In this document: positions 8,867 to 18,638 of the stretch, one piece after another
Position numbering within the stretch: the first letter of the stretch is position 1
Layout of the letters: the number at the start of each line of letters is the position of its first letter
NCBI GenBank assembly: GCA_051117555.1
Contig: JBNPEG010000063.1
Coordinates: 91,245 to 145,230, forward strand
Source: Elainellaceae cyanobacterium
Lineage (GTDB): Bacteria; Cyanobacteriota; Cyanobacteriia; CAZCXK01
Length of the DNA stretch: 53,986 nt
Direction: 5' to 3'
Notes under the pieces: generated by a model
What the model was told of the DNA's origin: nothing
The model's input: the letters and a program-made list of their open reading frames with translations, nothing else
Database searches by the model: none
Position numbers and translations under genes: made by a program

Positions 8867-10633
8867 TTATTCTGGCTCATCCATGTGACCTTGCGCCTCA
8901 AACTGCCCGTTTTTATAGGGATGCGCACCACTAATAAGTTCAACGGGCAAATTGCCGCTGCGCACGTGCAAATCGCGCTGAGGGAATGGAATTTCAATAT
9001 GGTGCTGGGCAAGTAGCTTGAAGATCTCAAAATAGAGATCGCTCTTAATGATGGGCTGAAGATTGGGTTCGACAATCCAGACTAAAAGCTCAAAATCGAT
9101 CGAACTATCGCCAAATCCCTTAAAAAACACCTGCGGTATGGGTGTTGCTACCACATGCTGATGACTGCGCCCCGCCTCTAGCAAAATCTTACGCACGACC
9201 TCTGGATCTGACTTGTAGGAGACGCCAACGGGAACTGAAATGCGCGAGAGGGGGTTGTCGTGACTCCAGTTAATGACCTGATTTTCTAAAAAGTACGAGT
9301 TTGGGACAATCACGGAAACTTGGCTGAGCGTTTTAATATTAGTGCTCCGGGCGCCAATCCGATCCACGGTGCCCATAAATTCACCCACTTCAATGAAGTC
9401 GCCGACTTGCACCGGGCGTTCAAATAGCAGAACCAAGCCGCTTCCAAAATCTCTGGCGATGTCTTGGAGTCCAAAGCCAATTCCAACCCCCAATGCACTG
9501 GCTAGCAGGGTTAATGAACTGAGGTCGAGTCCCCAGATTTGCAGGAGCACGACCAAGCCAACCGCAATCAACGTATAGCGCGTGAGGGCTGCAATAACGG
9601 CTTGTGCACCCGAGCTAATTCCGGCCATTTGCAGAATGCGCGATCGCAGCAAATTGGTGATCAGCCCTGCCGCAATGATCAGACCAAAAATTAGACCGAT
9701 TAGAACAAAAAGCTGCGTAATAGAGTAGACGTTATCCCCAATGGGGATAGCGGGCGAAACAAAACTATCTCTCAGTCGACGAGCAACGGTGTAACTCCAC
9801 GTCCGCGATACTGGGAAGAGATTCATAATATAGAGGACAGCGCCAATCCAGATTCCGATGCGGAGAAGAACCAAAATCAAATCTAAAAGTAGATTGAGTG
9901 CTCTAGACGATCGCAACGGTGGAAACGAATCTGGCGACGCAGAATGTTCGATCTCACCCATGAATCGTCGTTTTAAGCGTCCCAACCCCCAGTGAACCAG
10001 GCCGACAACGGCGATCGTTCCCAATGAGAATGCGATCGCCCGATTGCGATATTGATCGGTTCGTTCTCGACGAGACTGCTCCAGTGCGGCTTCAATCTCC
10101 TGTGCCCAGAGTCGTGCCTGTCGTTGAGGCGTCATCCCTGACAGGCCAGACAACTCGGCATCTTGCTGCGTCACGCTCAGCAGGTGTCGATTGTTGACAA
10201 TAACGGAATGGGTTTGACCGCGCTGCTCAACTGCAACAGAAACCGGAGCGTCTGACTCTGCAAATGACGACAGAAGATAGTTGATCCATTCGGCTCGCTC
10301 GCTGGCAGAGTTGGATTCAAATGACGTCACCTCAAATAGCTGCTGACCGTCGAGAACAATGGGAGCGGTTTCAATCTGATCTTGAGCGATCGCCATCGAG
10401 CTCCACATGATAACGCTCAGGGCGATCGCCACCCCCAACGCTACCCATTGACCAATCTTTTGCCACCCGTTACGTCCTCGACGTGTGACTCCGTTCACTC
10501 CGCCACCACTGACTCCATTCATTAGAGATAATACGTTCAACAGAGTTGAGCGAACCGATCGGGCTGTACCGTGTTGGTTCAGGAATGCCCCACGCCTATC
10601 AAATCCACTGGTTATCAGCCAAATCGAACGCAT
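8867..10633 (-). CDS. MscS-family mechanosensitive channel with periplasmic N-terminal domain
   Basis: GVGIGFGLQD, FERPVQVGDFIE, VIVPNS, IEIPFPQRDLH; true start may be ATG 10522. Confidence 0.92.
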   Translation of the reverse strand: MRSIWLITSGFDRRGAFLNQHGTARSVRSTLLNVLSLMNGVSGGGVNGVTRRGRNGWQKIGQWVALGVAIALSVIMWSSMAIAQDQIETAPIVLDGQQLFEVTSFESNSASERAEWINYLLSSFAESDAPVSVAVEQRGQTHSVIVNNRHLLSVTQQDAELSGLSGMTPQRQARLWAQEIEAALEQSRRERTDQYRNRAIAFSLGTIAVVGLVHWGLGRLKRRFMGEIEHSASPDSFPPLRSSRALNLLLDLILVLLRIGIWIGAVLYIMNLFPVSRTWSYTVARRLRDSFVSPAIPIGDNVYSITQLFVLIGLIFGLIIAAGLITNLLRSRILQMAGISSGAQAVIAALTRYTLIAVGLVVLLQIWGLDLSSLTLLASALGVGIGFGLQDIARDFGSGLVLLFERPVQVGDFIEVGEFMGTVDRIGARSTNIKTLSQVSVIVPNSYFLENQVINWSHDNPLSRISVPVGVSYKSDPEVVRKILLEAGRSHQHVVATPIPQVFFKGFGDSSIDFELLVWIVEPNLQPIIKSDLYFEIFKLLAQHHIEIPFPQRDLHVRSGNLPVELISGAHPYKNGQFEAQGHMDEPE

Positions 10634-10811
10634 ATCACCATGGCGCTAGCCTCAACCCCTACACTCTAGCGGGTTTCAGTGACTCTCATGAGCCTATTAA
10701 TCTGGCAACCAACAATTTGACCCAGAAGGCTGAGGTTCAACGTCGCTCACTCCTCAGGTATAGCGAGAGTTTCGACTTTGCTCAACACGGGGTTATGAAT
10801 AGACGACCTAC

Positions 10812-10858
10812 GGGTTCACCCCATGTTTAACGTCCTAGCGCAAGAGCGTACGGCTATA
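10812..10858 (-). repeat. Repeat family A copy (empty site relative to the 15020-15147 insertion)
   Basis: Reverse complement TATAGCCGTACGCTCTTGCGCTAGGACGTTAAACATGGGGTGAACCC. Confidence 0.75.
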
Positions 10859-10868
10859 AACCATCCTT

Positions 10869-11756
10869 TCAAAGGCGTGGAGATAGATGCCGACGAATCG
10901 CAAAGCCAATCAGCCAAGCTGGGACGCTTGAATTTCGGAGGATCTTTAGCCGCAAATACTTCCCCGATGCAAGCCGAGCTAGCCCTTTGAGCCGAGCGTG
11001 CGATCGCGCTTTGAAAAACCGGAGGTATTCATCTAGCCGAACAGGTCCCTCAGATCCGCTGCTCGATGTTCGCAGAGCATACGGGGGTATAAACGCCAGC
11101 CGGCCATACAACACATCCGCTCGATGAACCCGACTCAACCCATGTTGCTGATGCTCTAGATTGGGGCGTCCGCCATGTTCTCCATAATTGCGAAAGGGAA
11201 TGAAATTCTTAAATCCTCGTTTTCGCAAAAATGGGTCAATACTTGAATCCCACGATGAGTAAGTCGTTGGACCAATCGTTTGTCGAATTTCATCGGCAAG
11301 GCTGATCAGACTCTCGGCACCGTTTGGAGTCACAATATAGGCCACCATTGAGCTGGAATAGCCTTGGGCATAGCCATCACGAGAAACGCTATACATCTGC
11401 GGGGCACAGGTATATAGCCACGCAATCCCAACCTGTTTCTCATCAGGAGGAAACGGAAGCTGCAAGCCTCCCATGCCAACGACAGGTACAAAGTCTGCCT
11501 CAACCACTAATGTCGGCAAATTTGACCGAACCGCCTGCTCCCATGCACTGCGGTGATTGAGCAATGTCAGGTAGCTAGGGGAATAGGTGCGAAATTCTTC
11601 ACGATGAACCTGTCGCAACACGTTACATGAAAATCCCTCTTGAGTGAGCGCCTGTTCTAACCGATCGGTCTGCTCTTTATACGCGATGACCCACGCCTGA
11701 TCAATGTGAGCGTGTAGGGGAGGAGGTGCAGAAGCTGGCTTAATACGGTTTTTCAC
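10869..11756 (-). CDS. Glycosyltransferase, GT25/LPS biosynthesis-like
   Basis: LLNHRSAWE, LVVEADF, SSMVAYIVTP..A. Confidence 0.7.
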   Translation of the reverse strand: MKNRIKPASAPPPLHAHIDQAWVIAYKEQTDRLEQALTQEGFSCNVLRQVHREEFRTYSPSYLTLLNHRSAWEQAVRSNLPTLVVEADFVPVVGMGGLQLPFPPDEKQVGIAWLYTCAPQMYSVSRDGYAQGYSSSMVAYIVTPNGAESLISLADEIRQTIGPTTYSSWDSSIDPFLRKRGFKNFIPFRNYGEHGGRPNLEHQQHGLSRVHRADVLYGRLAFIPPYALRTSSSGSEGPVRLDEYLRFFKARSHARLKGLARLASGKYLRLKILRNSSVPAWLIGFAIRRHLSPRL

Positions 11757-12079
11757 AGTTCTTTAAAGTTAATCTTCAAAGTTAATCTTCAAAGCTATAG
11801 CAATCCCAGAGATGAACCGCAAAAACTAGCAGACACTCCCGTTTAATTGACTGGATGCTGAAAGACGCGATCGCCCACTCATCATTGCTAGACGCATCCT
11901 GGCACGCCTTTCTTGCAAATGACAACGATAGACTCTCGAATTGTTTCTAAAATTGTTCTATCGGGCGACGAGGTGTTGTCATCTACGTCGTGTTTCATTA
12001 TCAGTCCTGTTGGGTAGAGTTCCCCATGCCTGATACATTAAACCCAATAGATACGTTCAGAGAACCATAGCCAAATTGA

Positions 12080-13423
12080 ATGAGCGCGACTCATCATAAA
12101 GACCCGTCATCCCAGGTTGCACAATCCTTTGAAACCATCATTGGTTCCGAGAAGGTTTACCATTGGGAGCAGCTTGATGCAACCATTCAGCATCAAATCG
12201 CGGCTGCACTTCATCCAGATATTCACATAGACTGCGTTGTTTATCCTCAGACTCCGGAAGAACTGTCAGAAGTCGTCGCCTGTGCCTGTCAAAATCGCTG
12301 GCAAATGTTGCCATGTGGGGCGGGCAGTAAGCTTCATTGGGGCGGGCTAGCAGACGGGATTCGCGTCGTTGTCAGCACTGCTCGGATGAATCGTCTCATT
12401 GAGCATGCTGTGGGCGATTTGACGGTGACCGCCGAAGCGGGCATTCGTTTTGCTGATTTGCAGCAGACGCTCGCTCAATGCAACCAGTTTTTGGCGATTG
12501 ATCCGGCTTATCCCGATAGTGCGACACTAGGAGGCATCGTCGCCACCGCAGATACGGGGTCGTTACGGCAGCGCTATGGTGGCATTCGTGACATGCTGAT
12601 CGGCATTTCCTTAGTTCGGTCGGATGGCGATCGCGTCAAAGCAGGCGGGCGAGTCGTCAAAAACGTGGCGGGCTATGACCTGATGAAACTCTTCACAGGG
12701 TCATACGGAACGTTAGGCATTATCAGTCAGGTGACGTTCCGAGTGTATCCAATTCCAGATGCCTCTCAGACTGTTGTTCTGACGGGCGACTCAGAGGCGA
12801 TCGCCCAAGCTACTGCCGCTCTGCTGGGTTCTGCTCTGCGTCCAACCCAGGCAGATTTACTGTCTGCGTCTATCGTCAGACAGCTTGAGTTAGGCCCCGG
12901 CATCGGGCTTGTGACTCGCATTCAAAATCTTGAGATCAGCGTTCAAAAACAGGTAGAACAACTGACTGCTATTGCCCAGCGGCTTGGGCTTCAGAGCCAT
13001 CTCCGATCAGCCGGTGAGGAAGACAGTCTATGGAAACAATTACGAGAACCAATCGAGTCATCTCCAACACCGTCCTCAATTACTTGCAAAATAGGAGTAG
13101 TGCCGTCTAATGCAGTTTCCACGTTAGATGCACTGCTTGCCGAGTTACCGCCCTCTGCTTGGGGAATGATTCACGCTGCAAGTGGTCTAGGCATATTACA
13201 CATCGGCGATCGCCCCGTTGAGATCCAGACCTTGCTCAATCTGAGAACCCAATGCGAAGCGCAAGGTGGATTTTTGACTCTATTGGGTGCCCCGGTGTCT
13301 CTGAAACAGCACCTGGATGTATGGGGCTATCCTGGCAACGCCATGTCTCTCATGACCGGAATCAAACAGCAGTTTGACTCTCAGCATCTCTTGAGCCCGG
13401 CTCGCTTTGTTGGCGGCATCTAA
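12080..13423 (+). CDS. glcE: Glycolate dehydrogenase FAD-binding subunit GlcE
   Basis: GGRVVKNVAGYDLMKLFTGSYGTLG; adjacent to glcF. Confidence 0.9.
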   Translation: MSATHHKDPSSQVAQSFETIIGSEKVYHWEQLDATIQHQIAAALHPDIHIDCVVYPQTPEELSEVVACACQNRWQMLPCGAGSKLHWGGLADGIRVVVSTARMNRLIEHAVGDLTVTAEAGIRFADLQQTLAQCNQFLAIDPAYPDSATLGGIVATADTGSLRQRYGGIRDMLIGISLVRSDGDRVKAGGRVVKNVAGYDLMKLFTGSYGTLGIISQVTFRVYPIPDASQTVVLTGDSEAIAQATAALLGSALRPTQADLLSASIVRQLELGPGIGLVTRIQNLEISVQKQVEQLTAIAQRLGLQSHLRSAGEEDSLWKQLREPIESSPTPSSITCKIGVVPSNAVSTLDALLAELPPSAWGMIHAASGLGILHIGDRPVEIQTLLNLRTQCEAQGGFLTLLGAPVSLKQHLDVWGYPGNAMSLMTGIKQQFDSQHLLSPARFVGGI

Positions 13424-13480
13424 ACTGGCTCCATTAAAGACTTCATAAAAAACCGCTTAATTTGAAACGCTTAATTTGAT

Positions 13481-14908
13481 ATGACTTCTGATTTTACGCC
13501 TGCATCTCCCGATACCTTTACGTTTCAACCGGACGACTTTGACGCTCAGCTTTCAGAGCCAGCCAACGGCTTTGATGCTCATCACCCGCCCGACCCCAAG
13601 CTGATTGACGCCTGTGTTCACTGTGGGTTTTGTCTTTCAACCTGCCCAAGCTATCGAGTCTTAGGCACTGAAATGGATTCTCCACGAGGAAGAATCTATT
13701 TGATGGATGGCATCAATGACCACAAAATTCCGCTCGCAAATTCGACCGCTGAACACTTTGATTCGTGCTTAGGATGTCTTGCCTGCGTCACGGCCTGCCC
13801 ATCGGGCGTACAGTATGACAAGCTGATCTCGGCGACTCGTCCGCAGGTCGAACGCAATCGGCCTCGCAACCTGGGCGATCGCCTATTTCGAACACTCATC
13901 TTTTCTCTATTTCCGTATCCTAACCGCCTGAGATTAACCCTACTCCCGCTATTTCTATATCAAAAATCGGGGCTACAGTCGCTGATTCGATCAACTCCTT
14001 GGCTTAGCCAGCTATCTCCCCGACTCGCCTCAATGGAGTCGCTATTGCCTAAGGTCACTGCGCGATCGTTTCAAGATGCGACACCCACCGTCATTCCGGC
14101 TCAAGGCAAAAAACGCTATCGAGTCGGCGTCATACTAGGCTGTGTGCAGCGCTTATTTTTCTCAGATGTGAATGACGCAACGATTCGAGTGCTGACGGCA
14201 AACGGCTGCGAGGTGGTGGTGCCGAGCAATCAAGGATGTTGTTCTGCCCTGCCCCACCATCAAGGACAAGAAAACCAGGCACAAGCCCTAGCCAGACAGA
14301 TGATCGATGCGTTTGACGGAACGGATGTCGATGCGGTGATCATCAATGCCGCCGGGTGTGGGCACACGCTAAAAGAGTATGGGCATATCCTCCAAGATGA
14401 CCCAATCTATCGAGACAGAGCCGTCGCATTTTCTCAAAAGGTCAAAGATGTTCAAGAATTTCTGATGGCTGCTGGGCTGACCGCGCCCCTATCTCCGCTA
14501 TCTGATGAACCGTTGACTTTGGTTTACCAGGATGCGTGTCATCTTTTACACGGGCAGCAAATCAGCCTTCAACCTCGCCAACTGCTCCGTCAGATTCCAG
14601 GGATTCAACTGAGAGAACCCGTCGATGCAGCCTTATGCTGCGGCAGTGCGGGTGTCTACAACATGTTACAGCCTGCGATCGCCGATGAATTAGGACAACA
14701 AAAAGTCGAAAATCTACTTAATACAGGCGCATCTGTGATTGCATCATCGAATCCGGGATGCTCTCTTCAGATTCACAAACATCTTCAACACCGGCATCAA
14801 CAGGTTCCAATCATGCATCCGATGAAACTCCTCGACCTCTCCATTCGCGGAATCAAATTACATGAGGACGCTGCACGTTATCAGACGTCCAAACAAAATC
14901 TAAATTAG
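13481..14908 (+). CDS. glcF: Glycolate dehydrogenase Fe-S subunit GlcF
   Basis: CVHCGFCLSTCP, CLGCLACVTACP and two CCG-type domains. Confidence 0.92.
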   Translation: MTSDFTPASPDTFTFQPDDFDAQLSEPANGFDAHHPPDPKLIDACVHCGFCLSTCPSYRVLGTEMDSPRGRIYLMDGINDHKIPLANSTAEHFDSCLGCLACVTACPSGVQYDKLISATRPQVERNRPRNLGDRLFRTLIFSLFPYPNRLRLTLLPLFLYQKSGLQSLIRSTPWLSQLSPRLASMESLLPKVTARSFQDATPTVIPAQGKKRYRVGVILGCVQRLFFSDVNDATIRVLTANGCEVVVPSNQGCCSALPHHQGQENQAQALARQMIDAFDGTDVDAVIINAAGCGHTLKEYGHILQDDPIYRDRAVAFSQKVKDVQEFLMAAGLTAPLSPLSDEPLTLVYQDACHLLHGQQISLQPRQLLRQIPGIQLREPVDAALCCGSAGVYNMLQPAIADELGQQKVENLLNTGASVIASSNPGCSLQIHKHLQHRHQQVPIMHPMKLLDLSIRGIKLHEDAARYQTSKQNLN

Positions 14909-14972
14909 CCGGATTAGCGTCTCGTCTCAACGGTAATAGTAAAAGACATTGCGTCAGTGATGCGCTTGATAC

Positions 14973-15202
14973 TATAGCCTCATGCTCTTGCGTTAGGACG
15001 CTGAACGTGGGGTGAACCCCTCATTGACTGATAAAACTTACCAGAACCCAGACCATTCAAAGGGTCAGGTAACCTGACTACATTGTCCGAAATTCCGTAG
15101 GGGCGAGGAAACCTCGCCCAATGCAGAATCTTTTGTCAGTCAATCAGGGTGAACCCACGCGGCGCGCGGGTCCTACACACAAACCTAAGCCCATAAGGCT
15201 AT
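14973..15202 (+). mobile_element. Repeat family A MITE-like element interrupted by a second MITE
   Basis: Left end TATAGCCTCATG..TTAGG, right end CCTAAGCCCATAAGGCTAT (imperfect inverted repeats). Confidence 0.65.
15020..15147. mobile_element. 128-bp MITE with 17-bp TIRs and 9-bp target-site duplication
   Basis: TIR CTCATTGACTGATAAAA / TTTTGTCAGTCAATCAG (15/17); TSD GGTGAACCC at 15011-15019 and 15148-15156; internal GTAGGGGCGAGGAAACCTCGCCC hairpin. Confidence 0.85.
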
Positions 15203-15562
15203 GTAACTCAGAATGCATCAGATTTGACAACGGAACCTCACCGTATCCTTGACATTTGTTAAAGTGGAACAATGCAGCTTACTCACAAAGCCTATTGTGT
15301 TCAAGAAACCAAGGGCCGAGTTGCAATCTTAATCAGATTATTACCGCCCTATTAGGTTGGTATAAAAAGTAGGATTAACACCGCTTAGATCCCTGCATAT
15401 AAGGCACCATTGCAACGATGGCGCTTCTTGTTTGGAGCGCCAACATTAACTCAGTATGACCGAAACAGGTCTGACATGAGCCGTCTAAATCTAAGCTCTC
15501 AAATCAGGGTGCTTCAGGCATTACTACCGTATTCCTGCTAGCACATAGGTAAATCATTCGTC

Positions 15563-16108
15563 ATGCAGAAGGTTTTGTTTATTCTTGGTGAACTAAGCGA
15601 TCAAGACATTGATTGGTTGGTTGATATTGGCGATCGCAACGAAATCTCAGCAAACACAGTCTTAATTCACGAAGGGCAACCCGTCGATACCCTCTACATC
15701 ATGCTTGAAGGCACACTGGTCGTTTCGATTGCTGCCTTGGGCGATCGCGAAGTCGCGCGCCTCTCGATGGGTGAGGTTGTAGGAGAAATGTCGTTTGTTG
15801 ATGCCCGCCCGCCGTCTGCGACCGTTAAAACGCTAGAGCGATCGCTCGTGTTGTCTATTCCGCGATCAAAACTAGCTGCAAAACTCCAAGACGATATCGG
15901 GTTTGCCGCACGATTTTATCGGGCTCTCGCAATTTTGTTGTCAAATCGGCTTAGAGGCACGGTCAAGCAGCTCGGATATAGTCAAGACCCGTCTAGCCAG
16001 TCAACCCGCTCTCAGGGTGATTCAGCCCACTCAGATACTATTAAAATTGCTCAAGCTCGGTTTGATGACTTGCTCAGACGGCTCAAGGGCGGCAGCATCG
16101 TTGAATAG
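15563..16108 (+). CDS. Cyclic nucleotide-binding domain protein (no obvious HTH)
   Basis: GEVVGEMSFVDARPPSATV cNMP cassette. Confidence 0.88.
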   Translation: MQKVLFILGELSDQDIDWLVDIGDRNEISANTVLIHEGQPVDTLYIMLEGTLVVSIAALGDREVARLSMGEVVGEMSFVDARPPSATVKTLERSLVLSIPRSKLAAKLQDDIGFAARFYRALAILLSNRLRGTVKQLGYSQDPSSQSTRSQGDSAHSDTIKIAQARFDDLLRRLKGGSIVE

Positions 16109-16219
16109 GAGAAGGTGTTAGCTCATACCATGAGACGCGAATTACAGCTAAGCAGAACCCCCTAAAGATGCCAAACCTTATTTCTGGATTTGACACAATT
16201 GCAAAGCGCTATAGACAAA

Positions 16220-16235
16220 GTTCGGGAATCCCTAG
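16220..16235 (+). promoter_or_regulatory. K-box-like element upstream of hspA
   Basis: GTTCGGGAATCCCTAG versus recalled K-box GTTCGG-NNAN-CCNNAC (last base differs). Confidence 0.5.
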
Positions 16236-16352
16236 CAGCGGAGTACCTAGAACCGAATCCAGTGGGGCGATCGCTCTATGTAACATATCAACAGAAGGGT
16301 GAAATTCCTAATCCCTTTACTAAAGCGAGTTTAGAGTTTGGGAGGTAATACT

Positions 16353-16796
16353 ATGGCATTAACTCGTTGGGAACCATTCCGTGAAATCGATACGCTACAG
16401 CGCCAAGTCAATCGTTTATTTGACGAACTTGCAGTCCCTTCAAATCGCTGGGAGAATGGTGGGCTATCGTTTGCCCCAGCCGCTGAGATGAGCGAAACGG
16501 ATGATGCAATTCACCTGAAACTTGAAGTTCCAGGGATGGATGCAAAAGACCTGTCTATCGAGGTGACAGCGGATTCGGTGTCGATCAGCGGTGAGCGCAA
16601 GTCTGAAACCAAAACCGACGAGGGTGGCATCACTCGGAGTGAATTCCGCTATGGCAAATTCCAGCGTGTCATTCCGTTAGCGAAACGGGTTCAAAACGAT
16701 CACGTGAAGGCCGACTACAAAGATGGCATTCTGAGGATGACGTTGCCTAAGGCAGAAGAAGAGAAAAATAAGGTTGTCAAAGTCAACGTTGGCTAG
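16353..16796 (+). CDS. hspA: Small heat shock protein (Hsp20)
   Basis: MALTRWEPFREID, SEFRYGKFQRVIPL, YKDGIL; GGAGG RBS before ATG 16353. Confidence 0.95.
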   Translation: MALTRWEPFREIDTLQRQVNRLFDELAVPSNRWENGGLSFAPAAEMSETDDAIHLKLEVPGMDAKDLSIEVTADSVSISGERKSETKTDEGGITRSEFRYGKFQRVIPLAKRVQNDHVKADYKDGILRMTLPKAEEEKNKVVKVNVG

Positions 16797-16816
16797 CAAC
16801 CCGGTAGATTTCTAAG

Positions 16817-16850
16817 TTGGCAAAGCTAACGAGTTCGTTAGCTTTGCCAA
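16817..16850. terminator. 15-bp perfect hairpin after hspA
   Basis: TTGGCAAAGCTAACG-AGTT-CGTTAGCTTTGCCAA. Confidence 0.7.
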
Positions 16851-17072
16851 AACGATGCACAAAATTGGCTGGATTTGCATATAGGTAGCAATCTTATGGT
16901 GGGTTCCCTTAATCGCAGTCCAGTCAATTTTGTAATGAGCTGGCAGGGTCAGACGTGAGCAACGCTACCGCAGAAAAACTAAACTCGTAATCAGGAGGTG
17001 CTCATTCTGACTAAACGATCTACCAATGTTGCTAGTCTAACGCCGACACATTATCGACTCAGGAGAGCAAAG

Positions 17073-18314
17073 ATGCCATCCACTAAGCGCCCGTTTCGTC
17101 CTTTCAAACAATTAATTAGTTACGTTGCAGCCGCTCTAATTAGCGTCGTCTTGACCTTGGCTGTCATCAATCTATTCCCGTCAGTCTTACTTCCAAAGTC
17201 CTATGCCACGTCTGTGCTTCCAGTGCAGGCTCAGGTTCAGGCTCCGACACCCAACGCAGCCCCCGTTCCACTACCTAGTAATCGGGGGTTTGTTGCCACT
17301 GCGATTAATCAGGTTGGACCCGCCGTTGTTCGGCTTGATACCGAACGGGTTGTGTCGCGCAACATACCCGATCCATTTTTGAATGACCCATTCTTTCGGC
17401 AATTCTTTGGAGATGGAGCATTTCCTAGAATGCCAGAAGAATTTCGCCAGCGAGGCCAAGGTTCTGGGTTTATCGTCGATTCAAGCGGAATTGTGTTGAC
17501 TAATGCTCATGTGGTCAGTGGCGCAGATACCGTCACCGTGACCCTCCGCAATGGACGAACCTTCCAAGGCGAGGTGAAAGGGGCTGATGAGACAATGGAT
17601 TTGGCCGTCGTCAAAATCGAAGGATCAGATTTGCCAGTCGCGCCTCTGGGCAAATCTGATGACGTTCAGGTTGGGGATTGGGCGATCGCCGTTGGCAACC
17701 CTTTGGGTTTAGACAATACGGTAACGCTAGGGATTGTGAGCACTCTCAATCGCTCTAGCAGTCAAGTCGGCGTTCCAGACAAACGCATCGACTTCATTCA
17801 AACCGATGCAGCAATTAATCCGGGCAATTCAGGTGGCCCCCTGGTTAATGACCAGGGCGAAGTCATTGGCATCAACACTGCAATTCGTGCGGATGCGGAA
17901 GGGATCGGCTTTGCTATTCCAATCGATACCGCTAAATCTGTTCAAGATCGGCTGGCGCGGGGCGAGCAAATTCCCCACCCGTTCATTGGTATTCGCATGA
18001 CTACTCTGACACCGGAGGTGGCTAAGCAGATCAATGATGATCCAAACTCAATCATCACCGTCCCCGAGGTTGATGGTGTGCTGGTTGTTGAGATTGTGCC
18101 AAATAGCCCAGCAGATCAAGCGGGTCTACGTCGAGGAGATGTGATTACTCAAATCGAGGGAGAATCTATTGCGGCTGCTGACCAGTTGCAGCGCAAGGTT
18201 GAGCAGAGTGAAATCGGCCAAGCTCTTAGATTTACCGTTCAACGGGGCGATCGCACCCAAACTTTGACAGTTCGCCCGGCTGAGCTACAAGACATGACTC
18301 GTCAACGTCGGTAA
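17073..18314 (+). CDS. HtrA/Deg serine protease with one PDZ domain (HhoA/HhoB type)
   Basis: TNAHVV, DLAVVKI, PGNSGGPL, C-terminal PDZ; AGGAG RBS before ATG 17073. Confidence 0.95.
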   Translation: MPSTKRPFRPFKQLISYVAAALISVVLTLAVINLFPSVLLPKSYATSVLPVQAQVQAPTPNAAPVPLPSNRGFVATAINQVGPAVVRLDTERVVSRNIPDPFLNDPFFRQFFGDGAFPRMPEEFRQRGQGSGFIVDSSGIVLTNAHVVSGADTVTVTLRNGRTFQGEVKGADETMDLAVVKIEGSDLPVAPLGKSDDVQVGDWAIAVGNPLGLDNTVTLGIVSTLNRSSSQVGVPDKRIDFIQTDAAINPGNSGGPLVNDQGEVIGINTAIRADAEGIGFAIPIDTAKSVQDRLARGEQIPHPFIGIRMTTLTPEVAKQINDDPNSIITVPEVDGVLVVEIVPNSPADQAGLRRGDVITQIEGESIAAADQLQRKVEQSEIGQALRFTVQRGDRTQTLTVRPAELQDMTRQRR

Positions 18315-18396
18315 GAACTGTTGCCCTCAAGATTTAGCAACCGCCACTGTTCTTTGTGCGGTTGCACGCCAGCTTCCCCAGCGTTGGAGCTCATCA

Positions 18397-18464
18397 ACAG
18401 AAACGGTGGTGTAGGGCGCGACGCGCCCACACCACCGGACTTAACCCAAGTGCATACCGCTATA
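18397..18464 (+). repeat. REP-containing dispersed repeat family B, partial copy
   Basis: AAACGGTGGTGTAGGGCGCG..CGCGCCCACACCACCG..TTAACCCAAGTGCATACCGCTATA. Confidence 0.8.
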
Positions 18465-18638
18465 AGATGTCGTAAACAGACTCCAAACTAAATAGCGCAA
18501 ACCAGAAAACATCTGGTAAAGTTGCTGAGAAATCAGTTAGACGACTGAGCGTCTCAGACGGTGTGCTCGACTGTGAGTGTGCCAGATCTGAGACGCTCCT
18601 CCAATACGTCATGTGTGTCCCTCATCTGTTTGATAGTC

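Noticed and set aside
15400..15510. Riboswitch or Yfr2-like RNA upstream of the cNMP-binding gene
   Set aside because: Several small hairpins are present but no recognisable conserved aptamer core
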